Source: Lama guanicoe
Lineage: Eukaryota
DNA: 64,000 bases
Direction of reading: 5' to 3'
Assembly (NCBI GenBank): GCA_013239625.1
Contig: MU053376.1
Location: 582,833-646,832, forward strand
Positions 12,405-24,713 of the stretch are shown here, one piece after another. The notes below the pieces were generated by a model. It had not been told where the DNA came from. It ran no database searches and worked only from the letters and a program-made list of their open reading frames with translations. How positions within the stretch are numbered: the first letter of the stretch is position 1; each line of letters begins with the position of its first letter. The translations under genes and the position numbers were made by a program.

Positions 12405-12540
12405 TCCCTTGGATTTTGAACCCATTTTGGGGGGGGGGGAATGGGTTTATTAATTTTTAATGGAAGTACTGGGGATTGAACCCAGGACCTTGTGCTTGCT
12501 AAGCATGCGTTCTACCGCTGAGCTATATCCTCCTCCCCTC
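12405..12540 (-). mobile_element. Camelid tRNA-Ala-derived SINE
   Basis: Head at about 12459-12535. Perfect 13-bp TSD CTCACTTAATAGT at 12392-12404 and 12541-12553. Confidence 0.9.
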
Positions 12541-12559
12541 CTCACTTAATAGTAATGGC

Positions 12560-12770
12560 AATACTACTACTTACGTGGCATTTACTATGCCAAGCGCTGT
12601 TCTAAGCTCGGTACATGTATTGACTCATTTAATCATCATAACAACTCTATGAAGTAGGTACTATTATTATGGCATTTATACATGAGGAAATCGAGGCACA
12701 GAGAGGTTCGGTAACTTACCCAGTGTCACCCAGCCATAAGTGGAGGGGCCTGGACACTAGCTCCAGCAGT
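12560..12770 (-). mobile_element. MIR SINE
   Basis: CTCATTTAATCATCATAACAACTCTATGAAGTAGGTACTATTATT...ATGAGGAAATCGAGGCACAGAGAGGTT. Confidence 0.85.
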
Positions 12771-13360
12771 GGGGCTCCAGCTCTATGCTCTTGCTGTGAA
12801 TTCCTGGAAGGCAGAGAATCTAATTCGTCTTTGGCCTTGGCCCCAGCACAGGGCTGAGTGGACAGGAGGTGCTTGGGAAAGACAGGCTGACTGAGGAAGC
12901 AAACGCCTGCATGAGGCTAACCGGGTGAATGTTCCAGCCTCTGAGGTGCAGGACGGAGAGACCAAGGCCCTCTGGGAAGCATCAGATAAAGGCACTCTTC
13001 TTAGTCGCCCTCCCTTAGCAATCCCACCGCACGCTGCTGCCTGTTCTGCGAGTTGTGACTTTTCTCGCACGTCTCCTACCTTCTGTTCTTCGTTTCTGTT
13101 TATCTTCTGCTTTTGCCTGTTCCTAGGTCACTCTCCCCTTTTCCTGCCCCATCCAGCCTCCACCCACTGTCCTTACCCTTCCCTGTAGTTCTCGCAGGCC
13201 TGAAAGCCTCCCATCCCTGTTCTTTGCCTGGGAGCTTTTCTAGAATCCAGAGTTGCTCAAGGAGGCTGAGAACACCAGTGACATGGACACATCAGACTGG
13301 CCATGGACCAAGCTCTTACACACTGACCCTGAATGAAAACGGCGATTTCCCATCAACACT

Positions 13361-13362
<2 letters not shown>

Positions 13363-13403
<41 letters not shown>
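13363..13403. repeat. (GT)20 microsatellite
   Basis: Read directly from the sequence. Confidence 0.98.
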
Positions 13404-13404
<1 letters not shown>

Positions 13405-14477
13405 CTGCCTGCCTAGAGTTTGTTATAGATCTGTGTGGGATCCAGAAGATCCACTGCCCTCCCTGCCTCCTCTCACAGGGTCCCAACTCCTCCAGGAAGC
13501 CTTCCCTGATTCCTTGAGAAAGCTTATTTGTGCAACCATTTAGCAAATCCTTATATATTCTAATATTCTGAGGAGACAAGGCATGCTCCTGAAAAATTCA
13601 GTTAAAATGTTATCTTCAAATAACTGTATAAGCTACCAGATGCCACAGATATAGGGGCCAAATTAGTGTGATTGCAAATGGAGACCTTTGTGACCTTGCA
13701 CAAATGGTTTATCCTCTCTGGTCCTCAATGTCCTCGGCTATAAAGCATGGGATGATTATCCAGATCTTACACAGCTGACAGGAGGAATGAATGAGATAAT
13801 TTTTGATGACTGGTGCTTAATAGATGTTCAATAATAAATGTTTCTTTCTCCCTTCTACTCAGCCCTCCAGATAAATGGTGAGATACAAACTGGTCCATCC
13901 TTTGAGGTCGGAAATGTCTTAAGAGCAGGATGACCCTGGGTGTGTAAGCTTTGCTGTACCTGGTTTATTGTAAGGAGATGGGTCTGTCATACTAGAGGTC
14001 ACTCAGTATAAGGGTGACGACAACTCAGTAGGATTGTTCACACCCCTCCTCCGCCCAATCCCGCAACCACTGGATCTTCGAAAGAGCCTGGTAGGCACAG
14101 AACTAATCAGCTGGGCAGTCCAGACACAAGTTCAGTTCTGCCCTGAGACATGGAGGTTTGTTTAATTGCTGTATCCTCAGCTCCTAAAATAGTGCTAAGC
14201 ACAGAGTAGGTACTCAATAAAGGGTTGAATACATAATTTTTTTAAAAAAGCAATAGATTTTCTTTCTCCTTCCAAATGAAAAAAAAAAAAAGAGGGTGGT
14301 TAGGAGGGGCAAATGGCAGGATACAGGAGCCGTGCCAGGGGAATGCAGCTGCCAGGCCCGCCACCCAGGCTCCTCCTCTGCAAAGGGGATGCAGCAGGGC
14401 CAACAGTGCATGCGTTCCCACCGTCAGGATGCTCTGGAGCCAGGATGCTCAGGCTTGTGGTTGAAGCTGCAGTATAC

Positions 14478-14630
14478 AGAAGAGAAGGGGACAAAGGTGG
14501 AGACCTGGAAGGGAGGGAGGGAGAGAGATGAAGAGATGCTTGAGGGGGAAAGAGAGTGAAGAGTGAAGGAGAAAGGAGGAAGCAGAAGCGGGGAGGCAAA
14601 GGGAATAAAGAATGGGGAGTGGGGAGGAAC
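14478..14630 (+). repeat. Purine-rich (GA) low-complexity tract
   Basis: Strongly A/G-biased on the + strand, e.g. GGAAGGGAGGGAGGGAGAGAGATGAAGAG...GAAGGAGAAAGGAGGAAG. Confidence 0.7.
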
Positions 14631-15599
14631 TGTGGAGAGTTACAGAGGAAACCTGCTGTCTCAGCCTGGGTGGAATTCATTTTAGCAGACCTCTGCGTTA
14701 CCCCTGCCACTCGGTGTCTCCTTCGCGGTGGGCTGTGCAGGGAGAGGGTACGTATTTCAGGGTGCTTCTAGATGCCAGGTGCCTGCCAGACCCTAGGCAG
14801 GTCTTAAACCCTGACGCCTGAGGCCTTCAGTTTTACCCTTTCCAAATAATGAGGTCTCATCTCAAGTCCAGCGGGACCCCTTCCCCCGAGGCGGGAAGGA
14901 CAAAAGTGTAAGCCACCCCAGGAGAAAGAAAGGGGCCTATAAGGCTCAGACCCCTGGCTGTGCCCTTCTCTTTCTGTCTTCAACCTACAAGGGCACCTGG
15001 CCAGCCAGGAAAGTGGGTCAGGCCACCCACATGTGACTTTTTTCTGATCAGCAGGGCCCAGAGGCAAGGAGGCCTCAGCGCCCTGTACATAGCCCTGCCC
15101 ACCCTATGCCCAGTGCTCTTTGTTGGAGGGACCATTAAGGAGCAGTGGGAAGGGATCCCCGCCTTCTCATTCAGGAAGAGGACATGGGCCAGAGCCCTTC
15201 CCAAGCTGGCAGCGAAGGGGGAGCCTGCCATGTGACAGAGTGCATGGAAAGACCCAGATCTCCGCAAAGATAGTGACCAAGCTGGCAGAGAGCCACCTCC
15301 ACTCCCCTGACCTGGGGAGGCTCTTTTCTCTCCCACCCCACCTCCTGGGGTCTTCAAGTAGAGGGGTTGTCGGGTCCATCTCTGGCAACTGAGCGCTATG
15401 CCCGGTCCAGCCTCTCCCGACCCTGCCAGTTGCCCAATTAGAAGCTGCGTTGGCTCCAACAGATGGGAGCTGCGGCAGCCTGAGAACAGAGCACAAAGCC
15501 CAGCTGACATTTTCCTTCCTGTTCCTTTGGTGGGGGAGGAAGGACAGGGACAGAGCGGGTGCACACCACCACCCCCGGGCCCACCCCCAGGGTCCAGGT

Positions 15600-16760
15600 C
15601 TCCGGCACCTCTTTAGCTTCTCAGCTCAGCCCCCAAACGAGCTCAGTTCCCCATCACCCGGCGGCTCCTCGCTGGCTGGGCAGCCGGAGCCTGCGCCGCC
15701 CTTCGCCCGCAGGACAGACGCACCACCTGTGGCTGGCCAACCCCTCCCGTCTGCGGGGCGCCGCGGTGGGCCCGAGCTGGCCTTCCTTTCGGCTTCCCAC
15801 TCCCGGAGCCCGCAGGCTGAGCCCGAGGCCGGCCCATCCCCCACCCCAAAGGTCCCATCCCCGGCTGCGGACAGAGCCCCTGCCGGCCCGGGAGGAGCTT
15901 GGCTCCGGGTTCCAGGTACTTCGGACGGACGCCAAGGCCACCCTGTCCCTCCGCACAGACACCCGAGCTGCAAGGAAAGGGGAAGTCCCCCGGCCCCGGA
16001 GCGCTTCCCGCCGGCGAGTCCGCCCCTGTCACGCCCTCCCTAACCTCTCTGCCACCTCCCCGACAGCTCCCGGCCCCGCTCTGCCTGCCCAGCAACAGTT
16101 TGGGGCGGTTCGTGCCTCTCTGGGTGGCTTCAGGCCCAAACGCCCCCCTCCTCGGGTCCAGCCCGCGCAGGCGGCACCCTTCTTTCCAGTCTCCAGTCCA
16201 CCTTCCCTCCCCGCCCGAGTCCCCGGCTCCGCTGCGGGCGTCGCGGCGGAAGCGCGCCCCTCCCCCAGCCCCCGCCGGGGGCCCGCAGCCCCGCCGCCCG
16301 GCCNNNNNNNNNNNNNNNNNNNNNNNNNNNNNNNNNNNNNNNNNNNNNNNNNNNNNNNNNNNNNNNNNNNNNNNNNNNNCCGCCCGCCCAGCCCGGGGCC
16401 GGGGCCGGGCCGCGGCCGCCTCCCCGCCGCGGACTTTGCCTGGGAGTGGTCCTGGGGCTGAGCCGGGTGAGGGCGACGACGGCAGAAGGACCGCCTTCCC
16501 ACCCGCGCCGCCCCGAGGCTGGCGGCCGAGACCCGGCGCCCTCTCCTCGCGCCGCCCGCCGCCCGCGAGCGAGCGCAGCGAGCAGGCCCCCGCCGCGCCC
16601 CGCGGCCGCCGCGCGCCCCTCCTCCCGGCTTCTCGCTCGCCTTCCTCGCTCGCAGCTCCGCCGCTCTCCCAACCTCCCCAGCCCACTCCGGTCGCCTCCT
16701 CCCCGTCTGCCTGCCACGCCACCCCCCCTTCCAGTCCCGCTGCCGTTTTAACTCCTGAGT
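15600..16760 (-). promoter_or_regulatory. CpG island; probable promoter and non-coding first exon of the minus-strand gene
   Basis: Very high GC and CpG density with multiple GC boxes. The minus strand from about 16720 downward reads like a GC-rich 5'UTR (GAGCGGCGGAGCTGCGAGCGAGGAAGGCGAGCGAGAAGCCGGGAGG...). The direction is inferred from the acceptor at 126. Confidence 0.85.
16304..16379. other. Assembly gap (76 N) inside the CpG island
   Basis: Run of N. Confidence 1.
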
Positions 16761-17869
16761 GGCCAGAGGCCCCTCTCCCTAACGCACTTCCACACCCGGG
16801 AGGGAGGGGCTGGGTGGGGCCAGATGCTAAGGCTTGAGTATCTGGGGCCGGTGATGTTCTGTGCCTTTGGCCGCAAGGCTTGGCCGAAAGAAGAAGTGGG
16901 CACAGCGCCTGGATCTGAGAGGGGAAGGGGACAGCTCTTCTAATATTGCCTCTTTCTGTCTCGCAAAGGCCAGGAGGACAGAGGGGAAGTCAAGCAGCTT
17001 CCAGAGGATGGGTGCAGCTCACAGGCATAGGCTTTTGCTTTGCGTGGTGCTACCCTCCCCCAAGTTAACGGCGGACTTAGGAATGCAGAGAGTGGGTTAG
17101 AATTTGTCCACGGGACAGGCACCTTTCATCCTGAAGAATGGAGTGAATTACACCCCACCCCCCATCACCACCAGTTCTCATTCCCTTCCAGCATTGCCCT
17201 CTGACCTGGGCAGCTCTGCCATTTTGGAAGCTCCCATCCTGACCCTTAGCAAAGACGTCAAGGTACATACATAGGTGTTAGGCAGGAACTGGCCCGCCCA
17301 CTCAAGGGCCCAGCTGTGGGGGCTGTCCCTCCTGCAGGCTGGACGCTGTGAACACTGGGAAAGGAGGGCAGGATGCGGAAGGCGGGAGCGGGGCTGCTAC
17401 CTGGTGGCTTAGAAAGGCTGGGTCACTGTCACTGGTCCTGGCTTAGGAGAGTGGCTCTCCTGCTGGAGCCAACTACTTGAGGCCCAGGCCTTAATGGGGC
17501 CTTCAACCTGGACCACTCAGAATGGACTGACAAGCCCAGGTTCATGACAGGTCACACCCCACTGATGGGATCTGACCAGAGCCTGCAGAAGCAACCATAC
17601 GGGAGTAGGTGGAGTGGAGCCCAAGGAAAGGGAGTCCTGCCAGGAAGAGTGTCCCGTCTGCCTTCCTTCATCCAGGAAGGCATCCAGGGATTGAGCTCAG
17701 TGCCTCCTGTAAGTTGAGCTCCAGACAGAACAGGAACTGTGGTTTCTGGCTCTGTCTTCTCCAAGGACACAGCCAATGGTAACTCCGTCCTGGAGGCTTT
17801 TATCAAATCGGCTTGGAGGTCTGTGTGTTCTGTGTACACAGAGGGAGTTCTCGCCTTCATGTGGTCAAT

Positions 17870-18680
17870 AAGCACATATTAAGTTCCCATTGTACTTCCT
17901 AAGCCACTCCCATGCCCCCACCTTCCACCCTTGCTGTGGGGCATAATGGCCTCAAGGAGCTTAGAGGGACAAGTTGGAACTATATGAAACAAATTTTAAC
18001 ATTTCAAGGCAAAGGAAGTGCCATAGAAATACAGAAAGAAAAGGCCGTTATAGGCTAGGGTTATTCATGAAAGGTTTTATGGAGGAGTTGAGCTTCAAGC
18101 TGAGCCCAGATGGAGGGATAGGATTTGAACTGGCAGTGAAAAGAGGGACCAGCAAATGCAGGAAAGTGGAAACCAGCAGAGCAGATGGGTTACCTGGAGG
18201 GTATGGGGCAATGCAAGGCATCTATAGAGCTACTGTTGGATGCCAAGCCTTTTCACACATCTCTCTCATTTTATCGTCTGAGTTGACTCTTACCCCATTT
18301 AACAGAGGAGAATAGAGGCTCAGAGAGTTTAAGATCTACAGGCAGAATTTGAACCCTCTTCTTGGAACCACAGTGCCCTTGCTATAACCCGGTATTGGGT
18401 CCACAGAGTGGATGTAGCTGATGAAAAGCCTGGATTTCCAGGCTGAGCAATTTGGCCATGGCCTCATGCACGTATGATTTGGGATGAAAGAGGCAGGAAG
18501 ATGGGAGGCTAGTGAGGAGGCTGTGTGGGAATGAAGGGAGGGGAGCAGTGAGAATGGCGAGTAAATGCAATGGGTCTTTGTAAGGAAGACTTGGCAGAGT
18601 TTTGACACTGACTAATTGAGTGAAAGAGTTCAAAACTTGACTCCAAGCTTTTGAGCATGAGTGTTGGGGTCCCTTGTCAA
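17870..18680 (-). mobile_element. Mosaic of L2 and MIR remnants
   Basis: GGTTTTATGGAGGAGTTGAGCTTCAAGCTGAG (L2), CCCCATTTAACAGAGGAGAATAGAGGCTCAGAGAG (MIR), AGACTTGGCAGAGTTTTGACACTGACTA (L2). Confidence 0.6.
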
Positions 18681-20126
18681 TTCAGTGGAGCCACCTCACC
18701 ATCCGGAAAGACAATGTGAATGTATTTAGACTGATTATGAAAAGGAGGAAACGTTACCAGTCCTTTACCAGCTCAGTGACACTCAAGTGTCACTCCTATG
18801 CAGGCTGAGTAGTGGGCCTTAGCTCCCAACCTGATGGTAAACTTCTGGGGGGGCTAAAACTGTCCCACACAGCATCAGATCAAGACTAGTGCTTTATAGT
18901 AGACGTTCAACAACTGATTATTGAAGAATCAGTGGGGTAAAAGCAAGTCACGTTTGCCATTTGGCTTGTTCCTAAGTGGCAGGCCCTGTAAGACACATGC
19001 TGGGGACTGCGTTCATCTGAGGGCAGAGAATGGAGGAAACTTTCTCTTGAGCCGACTCTAAATTTCTTACAACCCAGTAGGACTGAGTGTAGGTTTTAGA
19101 GCCTGAGGTTAGAAACTCTGCTTATCAGTCACTCTGTGTTGCTTCAGGAAAGTGCTTAACTTCTCTGAGCTCCAGTTCTTTTCTAGGCAAAAATAGGAAT
19201 TTGAGTAATAGCAGTTACTACTTGTTGAGCACCTGCTACATGTAAGGCATGATGCTAAGCACATTTACACCTTGGCTGGCTGAAAATTCCAACTCTAGGT
19301 CTCTGGAGACAGGAAGAAGAAAAAAAGGCTTAACATTTATAGAACTAGTATACAATAGAGCTGAGATCTGGATCAGGGCTATCTGATGGTGGAGTCCAAG
19401 CGCTGAACCACTGCCCTGCACCATGTCTTTAAGATGAAAGTAGCAGTAAGAGCATTCGTCCAGACTCATAGGCTCCTTTGAGGTGTAACGGGGGTTACAT
19501 GTGTCTAGCACTTAGCATGTCTCAGTAACTGGTAGTCTCCCTCTCTCCCTCTCTGTCTCTCCCCCCACCCCCCCCTCAACTTATCTCCCATGACTGCCAC
19601 TCTGAGCCAGATTCTTTCCTGGGAAAAGATGGGTAGTCAGTTTGGTCCTTTGGAAGCTCTTAGGTAATTACCCAGAGGATTAATGGCCCTGTTACTGACC
19701 TTCTGCCCACCAAGTTTAATCTCTAGGCTTAGCTATGCATAACTTACTGTCAGGAAGCCTGGGACTCTGTGAGACCAGAGTGTCTTGGGAGAAGGATGCT
19801 GGGATTACACACCCCTACAAATGATGGTTGGCTTAACTCCACTGGTTCTTTAATGTAGGCATCAGACACAGGGCTAGCAGTATGCTGTTTGTGTGGTAGG
19901 GGGCGTGAGGAGAGGAGGGGTCCTCCTGGAGTCTGGCAGATGAGCCAAGTCAGAGAAGGGAGGCTGGTGGAGGGGGGTGTAGTGCCACCTCCTTCAGTGG
20001 AGCCCCCACTGCTGGATGCAACCCCTGCCCAGCCCCCACCTCAGGAGGCCCTGGATGAGGCCGCTGGAGTCACTGAGGACTGTTGTTCCACCAATGACCC
20101 AAACAGGTAGAGAGTGTGGCCCCAGG

Positions 20127-20260
20127 GCAGTGGTCCTCAGGCTTGTGCATCATCTGGAGCGTGTGCACAAATGCAGACTCATGGGTCCTACCCCAGTGTG
20201 AGGAGCTCTCTAGGTGATTCTGAGTCAGGTGATGGATGAACCCTGCTTTGAGACACACTG
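20127..20260. mobile_element. MER5-type hAT-Charlie MITE
   Basis: CAGTGGTCCTCA...AAATGCAGACTCATGGGTCCTACCCCAG...AGGTGATTCTGA...TTTGAGACACACTG. Confidence 0.7.
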
Positions 20261-20362
20261 GCCTGGGGTGCCCATTGCTCTCTGACCTCTCCCTGCCTGG
20301 CTCAGAGCCCTGTATTCTGGCTATTGGCAAACAACAGTGAAAGGAGGACACAAGGGTCTCTG

Positions 20363-20690
20363 TCAGAGGCAGGTTCACGGTGAAGGGAATGAAGCTTCAG
20401 CTTTATGGTTGTTTACTTGCAGGGATGAGGGGAGGGGAGGGTACGAGAGTTGAAAGTGGTGGAGTGGAGTGTTCTAGGTGGGGAGGGGAGGCCAGTTTGC
20501 AAACAGGAAGCATTTGCATGCAAACATTCTTGCAAACTGAATGAAGAGACGTCAGAAGGAAAGGCTCTGAATTTCCAAGCCTCGCCTGAATTGTTGTGAT
20601 CTTTCTAGTTCTAAAGGAATATCACCATTGGACCTAATTTTGCATTTGTTCTTTTGCTTAAGAGGGCCCCACAAAACCTGGCTCTTCCTT
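20363..20690. mobile_element. hAT-Tip100 relic (MER69/Arthur1-like)
   Basis: CAGAGGCAGGTTCACGGTGAAGGGAATGAAGCTTCAGCTTT start and TTAAGAGGGCCCCACAAAACCTGG end resemble the remembered MER69 consensus. Confidence 0.55.
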
Positions 20691-21509
20691 TGGCCCCTGC
20701 CCTCAGGGAGCTCCCAGGAGGCAGACACCCCTGGAGCACAGAGAACCAGGAAGGCAGGAGGACGCTGCAGATGGCAGAGCTGTGTGGAGCGGCGGGGAGC
20801 CCTCACATGTATCTTGGGTCATATTCCTGGGAAAGGCACTGCGGGTGAGAATGACGTAGGTTGAATCTGTTTTTGCCCAGAAACAATGTGATCCTGGAAA
20901 TCACATTCCTCACCAAGGTCCTGGAGCCCCAGCTTTTTGTAGGAGTAAGTATAAACACCACAGACACCATATTTAATCCACTGTAAATAATACACCCGCA
21001 CTCTGTATTTGTTAAATTGAATTAGAGTATATAAAACAGCTAAACTGGGCAATATGGTAACCAAATCCCATTCTGTTTAATTTAATGTATTCAGAAGATT
21101 CCTGGGAGAAATGCTAGGGGGTGGCGTGGCGGCAGAGGGAGCCATGGAGAAGACTGGAGCGACTCCCCCTTCTTTCCACATGGAACCTGTCTTGGCAAGA
21201 GGTAGACTCTCAGAGGTCGGAGCTGGGGACAAGGGTTTTGTGCCCCGTGGCGCATCTGAAGACAGCCCAACCTGGCAGCATGACTTGTGGGGACACTTGG
21301 CCAACTTGGAAGTGCATGTCTCTTAAGACAACTTAAGTTAAGGGCTGCCTACATGCACACCAGCAATGGGGGAAGTTTAAGAGGGCCTTGAGTACTCAGG
21401 CTGGATGAGGGTGATCTGGGATGGCTTTCTGGAGGAGGACGTTTTTGAGAAGATACTTGAAGGCAGGAGACAGAATGGTTAGGCTTCCTGAGAGCTCAGT
21501 GCCGGGGTC

Positions 21510-21895
21510 CACAAGGACCTTTTTATTTTGAGACAGGCCAGGAGCTGTGGGGGCTGTTAGTTTCTGTGGGCGCAGTAACTTCATATGCTAACAAGTGGAA
21601 GGATTATGTCAGCTGCTTTGGGGGAAGGGGCAGGGATTCCCAGGATTTGGGCCACCGCCCACTTTCTGACCTTTTATGGCCAGCCTCAGAACTGTCATGG
21701 TGCTGGTGGGCGTGCCATTTACCATGCTAATTTATTACAATGAGTATATAATGAAGCTCAAGGTCTACTGAAAGTCAAGTCTCCCACCATCTTGGGCCTC
21801 AAGGTCTCAGGGGAGTTGAATCTCCTCCCATCTTGGTGTTAATTGCTGTGTCATTTTTTGAATGGCTGTACCCCACCTGCTTCCTTTCTGTCTCA
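21510..21895 (-). mobile_element. ERV1-class solo LTR fragment
   Basis: GGGCCACCGCCCACTTTCTGACCTTTTATGG...GAACTGTCATGG...CATGCTAAT; ends ...CTGTCTCA; internal ~41-bp duplication TCAAGGTCT...CCATCTTGG. Confidence 0.65.
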
Positions 21896-22559
21896 GTTTG
21901 ACTCTTGACCCACCTCACTGTGACCCACAGGTTGCCAAGAAGACTTTGTCCCAATGGGTTTATCTCCCACCTCCCATCTACTTCAGTGTTTTTCAAACTG
22001 CAGGTGGAGACCCATTAGTGGGTTACAATAAGAACTTTGGGAAAAATGAAATAGAATAGAATATATTTCATGAATACTTCTGCTCTAGTTTCATGAAAAC
22101 ATATGCGTTTACTGTGTCATGATGTTCAATGTATTTCTTGCCAAGGGTCTATATCAAATCTTGGCTGTTTATTCCCAAAGTCTGCAAACAAGATACATAC
22201 GGGGTATCTTGTATGTTAGGAATAAAGTATTTACTCAAATCCAGCTTTTTTTACTTGCCATTAATTCTCTGAATGTCTGCTTTTCCAATCAGACTCATTC
22301 CTTTCTGGACATTTTATTTCAGAAATGGTTTGACAGAGCAAGGAAACTGGGGCTCCATGTATCCTAATCCTGTCCTTTTCTCTTTGCACTGTCTCTGACC
22401 CCTATATTTTCTTTTTTATTTTCTCTCAGAGAAGAAAGTCTTACTTCCAATATTTGAATTAATTCCAACGTAGCTCGTAGAGCTCCCAGGGCTCTCCAGA
22501 GATCATCCCTAAGGTCTGTTCCAGCAGCCAGCACCTGAGCCTACTTTTGCTTTCCAAAC

Positions 22560-22720
22560 TCATGCTTCTGAAACGGTGTGTGCAAAAGAACCACGTGGGG
22601 AACTGATTAAAATGTGCTTTCGTGGATCCCATCCCGAGGTCTGAACTGGGGCTCCTGAACAACAATTTTGCCCAGTTCTTTAAATGATTCTGAGGGCCAC
22701 ATTCTGAGGAACACTATTTA
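22560..22720. mobile_element. MER5A-like MITE
   Basis: GAACCACGTGGGGAACTGATTAAAATGTGC...AAATGATTCTGAGGGCCACATTCTGAG. Confidence 0.6.
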
Positions 22721-23859
22721 CAAACCCTGGAGAAAATTCAGCTCCCTCTAGGAAGGTTTCCCCCAATTCGTTCCTGATTCCAGTCACTCCACTCTGTTTC
22801 CCTTCTGCAGGAAGAGTCTTGTTTACGCCACTTCATGTTTATTTGCAATCATTTGCACTTGGTCTGAAAAGTTATTTTATGGTATCCTGCCTTCCTACTT
22901 AAATGATAAACTTCCCCTAGGAACTGTATCGTGCACTGCTGTTTCCCTAGAATGCCCAGCAGAGGACCTTCTTCATGGAAGACTTCTCATATGCTCTCTG
23001 TCCACAGGACAGAATCCTCCCACATAGCTCCCTGCCCCTCTCAGCCCCTAGTCTCCACCCTGGAGTGCTCAGGGCAGGGGTAAGTGTCTGAGTTGTTCCC
23101 TGGATCAAACAGCCTTATTGATCAGGTAACTTCAGCTCTGTCTGGCTTTGTCCTTTCTGTCTCACCTCCACAGTTTTAGAGGGAAGTGAATCAGTAAAAA
23201 CTAATGAGTCCTGATGACCCCCCTGGGGTTGTAGCTTCATCAAAGGCTATTATATGCTTCCCATCCAGAAACACATTGAACAGCAAAGGCAGAGGGCTGA
23301 GCAGCAAGGCTCGGACTAGAATGTGGCAAGCGAGCTGCCTAGGGAGCGAAGTTTAAGGAAGCACTGGCTTTCAGGTGCTAACCCTGCACTTGAAGGAGGC
23401 TGAGAGTGGGCACCTCCTTAAATTTCAGTTCTGGGCACTTCCTTGCCTCACCCTAGTCCCAGCCTGGCTGGGCAGCCTAAAGCAAGCATCCTGGATCCTA
23501 AATCTTAATAGACAGGTCTTAAAATGGACAGAGGGACAGAGGGCTGGGGAAGGCATAGCCTGGGCACTGTCCTATTCATAAATGAGACAGTCCTTCAGCA
23601 GAGGTCAGCTTGGTCTATTCTCCTGTCCTTCATGATAAGCAACTTGTGTAAAATTGACTCTGAGTCCCTGATCCTGTGCTCAGAGGGTTCAGTGTGTGTG
23701 GTCTCACTTGGTCCCTACGAAGGCCACGGTGACTAGTCTCCCAGTACGGAAGAGGCACAAACCAGACTCAGGCCCGTGTCCTCGGGTCGAAGTCCACTGG
23801 GTTTTTCGTTTGCTTGTTCATTTTTTCCTTTTCTTCCCCCGCTACAACTCCCCTGCTTC

Positions 23860-24110
23860 TTGTGTAAGCGATCCCACAATCCCAGAGAGCCACTTGTCAA
23901 AGGGATTAAAATCTTCACTGTCAGAAAGCTCATCCTTATGTTTTATCCTTATTGCTCCTTCTGCCACGAACCACGCTTGTGTTTTAACCTCGGGGGGGAT
24001 GAAGAGCAGCCTGTCACTGGCCGCCAGCCTCGGCATGTGGGGACCCCAGGGTCTTTTACTTCAGGAAGGCTTTTCTGTCTTCTTTTCTTCAGCAACTGTA
24101 GGCTCATCTC
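23860..24110 (-). mobile_element. L3/CR1 LINE remnant (end of ORF2)
   Basis: CTTCACTGTCAGAAAGCTCATCCTTATGT. The minus frame reads NIRMSFLTVKI, matching the CR1 motif DIRKNFLTVRV. Also TGCTGAAGAAAAGAAGACAGA. Confidence 0.6.
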
Positions 24111-24195
24111 CTTTGTTGGGTATTTTCTTTTCAGGAAGAAGAAAAATTATAAGGCGAGGAGGAGAAAAGTAGGAGGGAGGAGAGCGCTGAGGATG

Positions 24196-24713
24196 TAAAT
24201 TAACGCCATCTCGTCCTGAGCTGTGGGAGACTGGTTGCTCAGAAGGCAGGACCTGATGGGGTGAGCCCCCCAAATGCTGGCCCCTTGCAGGCCAGGATGC
24301 GGGCAGAGAGTCCGGCGGCTTGGGCCGCGTCTGTGCACTTCCATGTGAGTGGCTAATGGTCCACATCCCTTCACGGACCCGGGCCCCTGCCTCTGCTGGG
24401 TGGGTCCCACCTGGAAGGGAAGATGGCCTCTGGAAGAGGTTGCACCTGGCTCACCTGGACGCCCCCGCTGCACGGAAGTGGAATGTTCAGGCCCCAGATG
24501 GGAGTCCAGAAAGCTGAGGACCCAGGTCGGACACCCAGCCCCTCTCCTTCCCTGCGGCCCTGCAGAGTCAGAGATGATCTCTCCACACACTGAGTAGGGT
24601 GGCTTGAGTGGATGACTAATGCATGTCATTTTCAAGATGCTCTCTGCACAGGAAAGTACATTTAGATCCAGGTTTTAATTGTGTGTGATTTTAGCTGAGA
24701 TGGCGTTAATTTA
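24196..24713. repeat. Perfect 17-bp inverted repeat with 484-bp spacer
   Basis: TAAATTAACGCCATCTC (24196-24212) and GAGATGGCGTTAATTTA (24697-24713). Confidence 0.9.

Noticed and set aside
1..16760. Naming the gene
   Set aside because: No coding sequence lies in the window and I could not match the UTR to a gene with confidence, so no symbol is given.
15450..16837. Long ORFs (157-359 aa) on both strands across the CpG island
   Set aside because: Pro/Ala/Arg/Gly-rich low-complexity products expected from stop-poor GC-rich DNA. They are open in many frames at once, most run through the N gap, and none has a recognisable domain.
21759..21840. ~41-bp direct duplication containing CCATCTTGG (YY1-like)
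   Set aside because: Internal to an ERV1 LTR, where such duplications are common.
23842..24036. 64-aa ORF (...ELSDSEDFNPFDKWLSG...) superficially like a retroviral Env membrane-proximal region
   Set aside because: No CX6CC motif or transmembrane anchor. The DNA is better explained as an L3/CR1 remnant, whose other frame gives IRMSFLTVK.
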